DNA from: Eledone cirrhosa
Taxonomy: Eukaryota
Assembly (NCBI GenBank): GCA_964016885.1
Contig: OZ024744.1
Location: 19,530,001-19,594,000 of the forward strand
Length of the DNA: 64,000 bases
Reading direction: 5' to 3'
The notes under the pieces were generated by a model. That model was given only the letters and a program-made list of their open reading frames with translations, had not been told where the DNA came from and did no database searches. Positions 57,501 through 64,000 of the stretch are shown here, piece by piece. The position numbers and the translations under genes are program-made. Every line of letters starts with the position of its first letter. The first letter of the stretch is position 1.

Positions 57501-60500
57501 AACTTAGCAAGTGAATGATAAACAAACAAATTATAAACGTAAACATGTAAGTATGTATTTGAAACGGTGCGCTCGTTTGAAATTAGAAATTAGAAATTAT
57601 AAGCTTTCACCGGATTTTAGAATAAAGAAATGTATAGCTTGATAGTGGGGTTTATAACCGTCGGAGAAATGGAAAAAAGATGAGTGTTGCCATACATGGG
57701 AGTCGAACCCACATATTTGGTTATCCAGACCACTGTGCTACCATTACACCAATACACGTCCCATCTCCTTCCATTCGAATTAGAAGCTATGAACTTAGCA
57801 AGTGAATGATAAACAAGCAAATTATAAACGCAAACATGTAAGTATGTTTTTGAAACGGTGCGCTCGTTTGAAACTAGAAATTAGAAATTATAAGCTTTCA
57901 CCGTATTTTAGACTAAAGAAATTTATAGCGTGATAGTGGGGATTATAACCCTCGGAGAAATGGAAAAAGATGAGTGTTGCCATACCTGGGAGTCGAACCC
58001 ACATCTTTGGTTATCCAAACCACTGTTCTACCATTAGACCAATACACATCCCATCTCCTTCCATTCGAATTAGAAGCTATGAACTTAGCAAGTGAATGAT
58101 AACCAAGCTAATTATAAGCGTAAACATGTAAGTATGTGTTTGAAACGGTGCGCGAGTTTGAAATTAGAAATTAGAAATTATAAGCTTTCACCGTATTTTA
58201 GAATAAAGAAATTTATAGCTTGATAGTGGGGTTTATAACCCTCGGAGAAATGGAAAAAGATGAGTGTTGCCATACCTGGGAGTCGAACCCACATCTCTGG
58301 TTTTCCAGACCACTGTCCTACCATTAGACCAATACACATCCCATCTCCTTCTATTCGAATTAGAAGCTATGAACTTAGCAAGTGAATGATAAACAAGCAA
58401 ATAATAAACGTAAACATGTAAGTATGTTTTTGAAACGGTGCGCTCGTTTGAAATTAGAAATTAGAAATTATAAGCTTTCACCGGATTTTAGACTAAAGAA
58501 ATGTATAGCTTGATAGTGGGGTTTATAACCCAAGGAGAAATGGAAAAAGATGAGTGTTGCCATACATGGGAGTCGAACCCACATATTTGGTTATCCAGAC
58601 CACTGTGCTACCATTACACCAATACACATCCCATCTCCTTCTATTCGAATTAGAAGCTATGAACTTAGCAAGTGAATGATAAACAAGCAAATAATAAACG
58701 TAAACATGTAAGTATGTTTTTGAAACGGTGCGCTCGTTTGAAATTAGAAATTAGAAATTATAAGCTTTCACCGTATTTTAGAATAAAGAAATGTATAGCT
58801 TGATAGTGGGGTTTATAACCCTCGGAGAAATGGAAAAAAGATGAGTGTTGCCATACATGGGAGTCGAACCCACATATTTGGTTATCCAGACCACTGTGCT
58901 ACCATTACACCAATACACGTCCCATCTCCTTCCATTCGAATTAGAAGCTATGAACTTAGCAAGTGAATGATAAACAAGCAAATTATAAACGCAAACATGT
59001 AAGTATGTTTTTGAAACGGTGCGCTCGTTTGAAACTAGAAATTAGAAATTATAAGCTTTCACCGTATTTTAGACTAAAGAAATTTATAGCGTGATAGTGG
59101 GGATTATAACCCTCGGAGAAATGGAAAAAGATGAGTGTTCCTATACATGGGTGTCGAACCCACATCTTTGGTTATCCAGACCACTGTCCTACCATTAGAC
59201 CAATACACATCCCATCTCCTACCATTCGAATTAGAAGCTATGAACTTAGCAAGTGAATGATAAACAAGCTAATTATAAGCGTAAACATGTAAGTATGTGT
59301 TTGAAACGGTGCGCGAGTTTGAAATTAGAAATTAGAAATTATAACTTTCACAGTATTTTAGACTAAAGAAATTTATAGCTTGATAGTGGGGATTATAACC
59401 CTCGGAGAAATGGAAAAAGATGAGTGTTGCCATACATGGGAGTCGAACCCACATCTTTGGCTATCCAGACCACTGTCCTACCATTAGACCAATACACATC
59501 CCATCTCCTTCCATTCGAATTAGAAGCTATGAACTTAGCAAGTGAATGATAAACTAGCAAATTATAAACGTAAACATGTAAGTATGTTTTTGAAACGGTG
59601 CGCTCGTTTGAAATTAGAAATTAGAAATTATAAGCTGTCACCGTATGTTAGACTAAACATATTTATAGCTTGATAGTGGGGATTATAATCCTCGGAGAAA
59701 TGGAAAAAGATGAGTGTTGCCATACCTGGGAGTCGAACACACATCTTTGGTTATCCAGACCACTGTGCTACCATTACACGAATACACATCCCATCTCCTT
59801 CCATTCGAATTAGAAGCTATGAACTTAGCAAGTGAATGATAAACGAGCAAATTATAAACGTAAACATGTTAGTATGTTTTTGAAACGGTGCTCGAGTTTG
59901 AAATTAGAAATTAGAAATTATAAGCTTTCACCGTATTTTAGACTAAAGAAATGTATAGCTTGATAGTGGGGTTTATAACCCTAGGAGAAATGGAAAAAGA
60001 TGAGTGTTGCCATACCTGGGAGTCGAACCCACATCTCTGGTTATCCAGACCACTGTCCTACCATTAGAGCAATACACATCCCATCTCCTTCCATTCGAAT
60101 TAGAAGCTATGAACTTAGCAAGTGAATGATAAACAAGCAAATTATAAACGTAAACATGTAAGTATGTTTTTGAAACGGTGCGCTCGTTAGAAATTAGAAA
60201 TTATAAGCTTTCACCGGATTTTAGACTAAAGAAATGTATAGCTTGATAGTGGGGTTTATAACCCAAGGAGAAATGGAAAAAGATGAGTGTTGCCATACCT
60301 GGGAGTCGAACCCACATATTTTGTTATCCAGACCATTGTGCTACCATTACACCAATACACATCCCATCTCCTTCCATTCGAATTAGAAGCTATGAACTTA
60401 GAAAGTGAATGATAAACAAGCAAATTATAAACGCAAACATGTAAGTATGTTTTTGAAACGGTGCGCTCGTTTGAAATTAGAAATTATAAATTATAAGCTT

Positions 60501-63500
60501 TCACCGTATTTTAGAATAAAGAAATTTATAGCTTGATAGTGGGGTTTATAACCCTCGGAGAAATGGAAAAAATATGAGTGTTGCCATACATGGGAGTCGA
60601 ACCCATATATTTGGTTATCCAGACCACTGTGCTACCATTACACCAATACACGTCCCATCTCCTTCCATTCGAATTAGAAGCTATGAACTTAGCAAGTGAA
60701 TGATAAACAAGCACATTATAAACGTAAACATGTAAGTATGTTTTTGAAACGGTGCGCTCGTTTGAAATTAGAAATTAGTAATTATAAGCTTTCACCGGAT
60801 TTTAGACTAAAGAAATGTATAGCTTGATAGTGGGGTTTATAACCCAAGGAGAAATGGAAAAAGATGAGTGTTGCCATACCTGGGAGTCGAACCTACATAT
60901 ATTGTTATCCAGACCATTGTGCTACCATTACACCAATACACATCCCATCTCCTTCCATTCGAATTAGAAGCTATGAACTTAGCAAGTGAATGATAAACAA
61001 ACAAATTATAAACGTAAACATGTAAGTATGTATTTGAAACGGTGCGCTCGTTTGAAATTAGAAATTAGAAATTATAAGCTTTCACCGTATTTTAGAATAA
61101 AGAAATGTATAGCTTGATAGTGGGGTTTATAACCCTCGGAGAAATGGAAAAAAGATGAGTGTTGCCATACATGGGAGTCGAACCCACATCTTTGGCTATC
61201 CAGACCACTGTCCTACCATTAGACCAATACACATCCCATCTCCTTCCATTCGAATTAGAAGCTATGAACTTAGCAAGTGAATGATAAACTAGCAAATTAT
61301 AAACGTAAACATGTAAGTATGTTTTTGAAACGGTGCGCTCGTTTGAAATTAGAAATTAGAAATTATAAGCTGTCACCGTATGTTAGACTAAACATATTTA
61401 TAGCTTGATAGTGGGGATTATAACCCAAGGAGAAATGGAAAAAGATGAGTGTTGCCATACCTGGGAGTCGAACCCACATATTTTGTTATCCAGACCATTG
61501 TGCTACCATTACACCAATACACATCCCATCTCCTTCCATTCGAATTAGAAGCTATGAACTTAGAAAGTGAATGATAAACAAGCAAATTATAAACGCAAAC
61601 ATGTAAGTATGTTTTTGAAACGGTGCGCTCGTTTGAAATTAGAAATTATAAATTATAAGCTTTCACCGTATTTTAGAATAAAGAAATTTATAGCTTGATA
61701 GTGGGGTTTATAACCCTCGGAGAAATGGAAAAAATATGAGTGTTGCCATACATGGGAGTCGAACCCATATATTTGGTTATCCAGACCACTGTGCTACCAT
61801 TACACCAATACACGTCCCATCTCCTTCCATTCGAATTAGAAGCTATGAACTTAGCAAGTGAATGATAAACAAGCACATTATAAACGTAAACATGTAAGTA
61901 TGTTTTTGAAACGGTGCGCTCGTTTGAAATTAGAAATTAGTAATTATAAGCTTTCACCGGATTTTAGACTAAAGAAATGTATAGCTTGATAGTGGGGTTT
62001 ATAACCCAAGGAGAAATGGAAAAAGATGAGTGTTGCCATACCTGGGAGTCGAACCTACATATATTGTTATCCAGACCATTGTGCTACCATTACACCAATA
62101 CACATCCCATCTCCTTCCATTCGAATTAGAAGCTATGAACTTAGAAAGTGAATGATAAACAAGCAAATTATAAACGCAAACATGTAAGTATGTTTTTGAA
62201 ACGGTGCGCTCGTTTGAAATTAGAAATTATAAATTATAAGCTTTCACCGTATTTTAGAATAAAGAAATTTATAGCTTGATAGTGGGGTTTATAACCCTCG
62301 GAGAAATGGAAAAAATATGAGTGTTGCCATACATGGGAGTCGAACCCATATATTTGGTTATCCAGACCACTGTGCTACCATTACACCAATACACGTCCCA
62401 TCTCCTTCCATTCGAATTAGAAGCTATGAACTTAGCAAGTGAATGATAAACAAGCACATTATAAACGTAAACATGTAAGTATGTTTTTGAAACGGTGCGC
62501 TCGTTTGAAATTAGAAATTAGTAATTATAAGCTTTCACCGGATTTTAGACTAAAGAAATGTATAGCTTGATAGTGGGGTTTATAACCCAAGGAGAAATGG
62601 AAAAAGATGAGTGTTGCCATACCTGGGAGTCGAACCTACATATATTGTTATCCAGACCATTGTGCTACCATTACACCAATACACATCCCATCTCCTTCCA
62701 TTCGAATTAGAAGCTATGAACTTAGCAAGTGAATGATAAACAAACAAATTATAAACGTAAACATGTAAGTATGTATTTGAAACGGTGCGCTCGTTTGAAA
62801 TTAGAAATTAGAAATTATAAGCTTTCACCGTATTTTAGAATAAAGAAATGTATAGCTTGATAGTGGGGTTTATAACCCTCGGAGAAATGGAAAAAAGATG
62901 AGTGTTGCCATACATGGGAGTCGAACCCACATATTTGGTTATCCAGACCACTGTGCTACCATTACACCAATACACGTCCCATCTCCTTCCATTCGAATTA
63001 GAAGCTATGAACTTAGCAAGTGAATGATAAACAAGCAAATTATAAACGCAAACATGTAAGTATGTTTTTGAAACGGTGCGCTCGTTTGAAACTAGAAATT
63101 AGAAATTATAAGCTTTCACCGTATTTTAGACTAAAGAAATTTATAGCGTGATAGTGGGGATTATAACCCTCGGAGAAATGGAAAAAGATGAGTGTTCCTA
63201 TACATGGGTGTCGAACCCACATCTTTGGTTATCCAGACCACTGTCCTACCATTAGACCAATACACATCCCATCTCCTACCATTCGAATTAGAAGCTATGA
63301 ACTTAGCAAGTGAATGATAAACAAGCTAATTATAAGCGTAAACATGTAAGTATGTGTTTGAAACGGTGCGCGAGTTTGAAATTAGAAATTAGAAATTATA
63401 ACTTTCACAGTATTTTAGACTAAAGAAATTTATAGCTTGATAGTGGGGATTATAACCCTCGGAGAAATGGAAAAAGATGAGTGTTGCCATACATGGGAGT

Positions 63501-64000
63501 CGAACCCACATCTTTGGCTATCCAGACCACTGTCCTACCATTAGACCAATACACATCCCATCTCCTTCCATTCGAATTAGAAGCTATGAACTTAGCAAGT
63601 GAATGATAAACTAGCAAATTATAAACGTAAACATGTAAGTATGTTTTTGAAACGGTGCGCTCGTTTGAAATTAGAAATTAGAAATTATAAGCTGTCACCG
63701 TATGTTAGACTAAACATATTTATAGCTTGATAGTGGGGATTATAATCCTCGGAGAAATGGAAAAAGATGAGTGTTGCCATACCTGGGAGTCGAACACACA
63801 TCTTTGGTTATCCAGACCACTGTGCTACCATTACACGAATACACATCCCATCTCCTTCCATTCGAATTAGAAGCTATGAACTTAGCAAGTGAATGATAAA
63901 CGAGCAAATTATAAACGTAAACATGTTAGTATGTTTTTGAAACGGTGCTCGAGTTTGAAATTAGAAATTAGAAATTATAAGCTTTCACCGTATTTTAGAC

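Larger units (their letters stand above)
1..64000. repeat. Tandem satellite array of ~290-bp tRNA-containing monomers (about 220 copies; length variants 276, 283, 289, 290, 291 bp)
   Basis: The same unit (…GAAATTATAAGCTTTCACC…GAGTCGAACCCAC…CCATTCGAATTAGAAGCTATG…GAAACGGTGC…) recurs every ~290 bp from the first to the last base with only point differences and small indels. I saw no inversion or foreign insertion. The array extends beyond both window ends. Confidence 0.99.

Noticed and set aside
335-63038. Repeated 62-73 aa minus-strand ORFs (MLVYHSLAKF…)
   Set aside because: They start at TTG rather than ATG (e.g. 521-523). They reach this length almost only in the minority of monomers where the A-run is 6 instead of 5. 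They run straight through the tRNA-like element, tolerate frameshifts freely and resemble no domain I recognise. They are useful only as haplotype markers.
1-64000. CRISPR array or other repeat-spacer system
   Set aside because: There are no unique spacers: the entire 290 bp is repeated with only SNP-level variation, and no cas or other genes are present.

Overview
The whole 64 kb window is one uninterrupted head-to-tail tandem array of a ~290-bp monomer (about 220 copies, ~35% GC counted on the first monomer, all in one orientation), with no unique sequence and no credible protein-coding gene. Each monomer carries on the minus strand a 71-nt degenerate tRNA-like element with Pol III A and B boxes and a T5/T6 run 9 nt downstream. 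It is best read as a tRNA-derived, possibly Pol III-transcribed, eukaryotic satellite or ncRNA gene array. Two signals suggest a structured RNA rather than inert satellite. First, the two common D-arm alleles differ by a compensatory G12-C23 / C12-G23 swap. Second, the element is enclosed by a ~19-bp inverted repeat whose three non-Watson-Crick positions are all G·U wobbles in the minus-strand RNA only. Monomer variants form irregular higher-order repeats, nested multi-kb duplications and a layered domain structure. The repeated 62-73 aa ORFs are judged spurious. The organism cannot be determined from the sequence alone.
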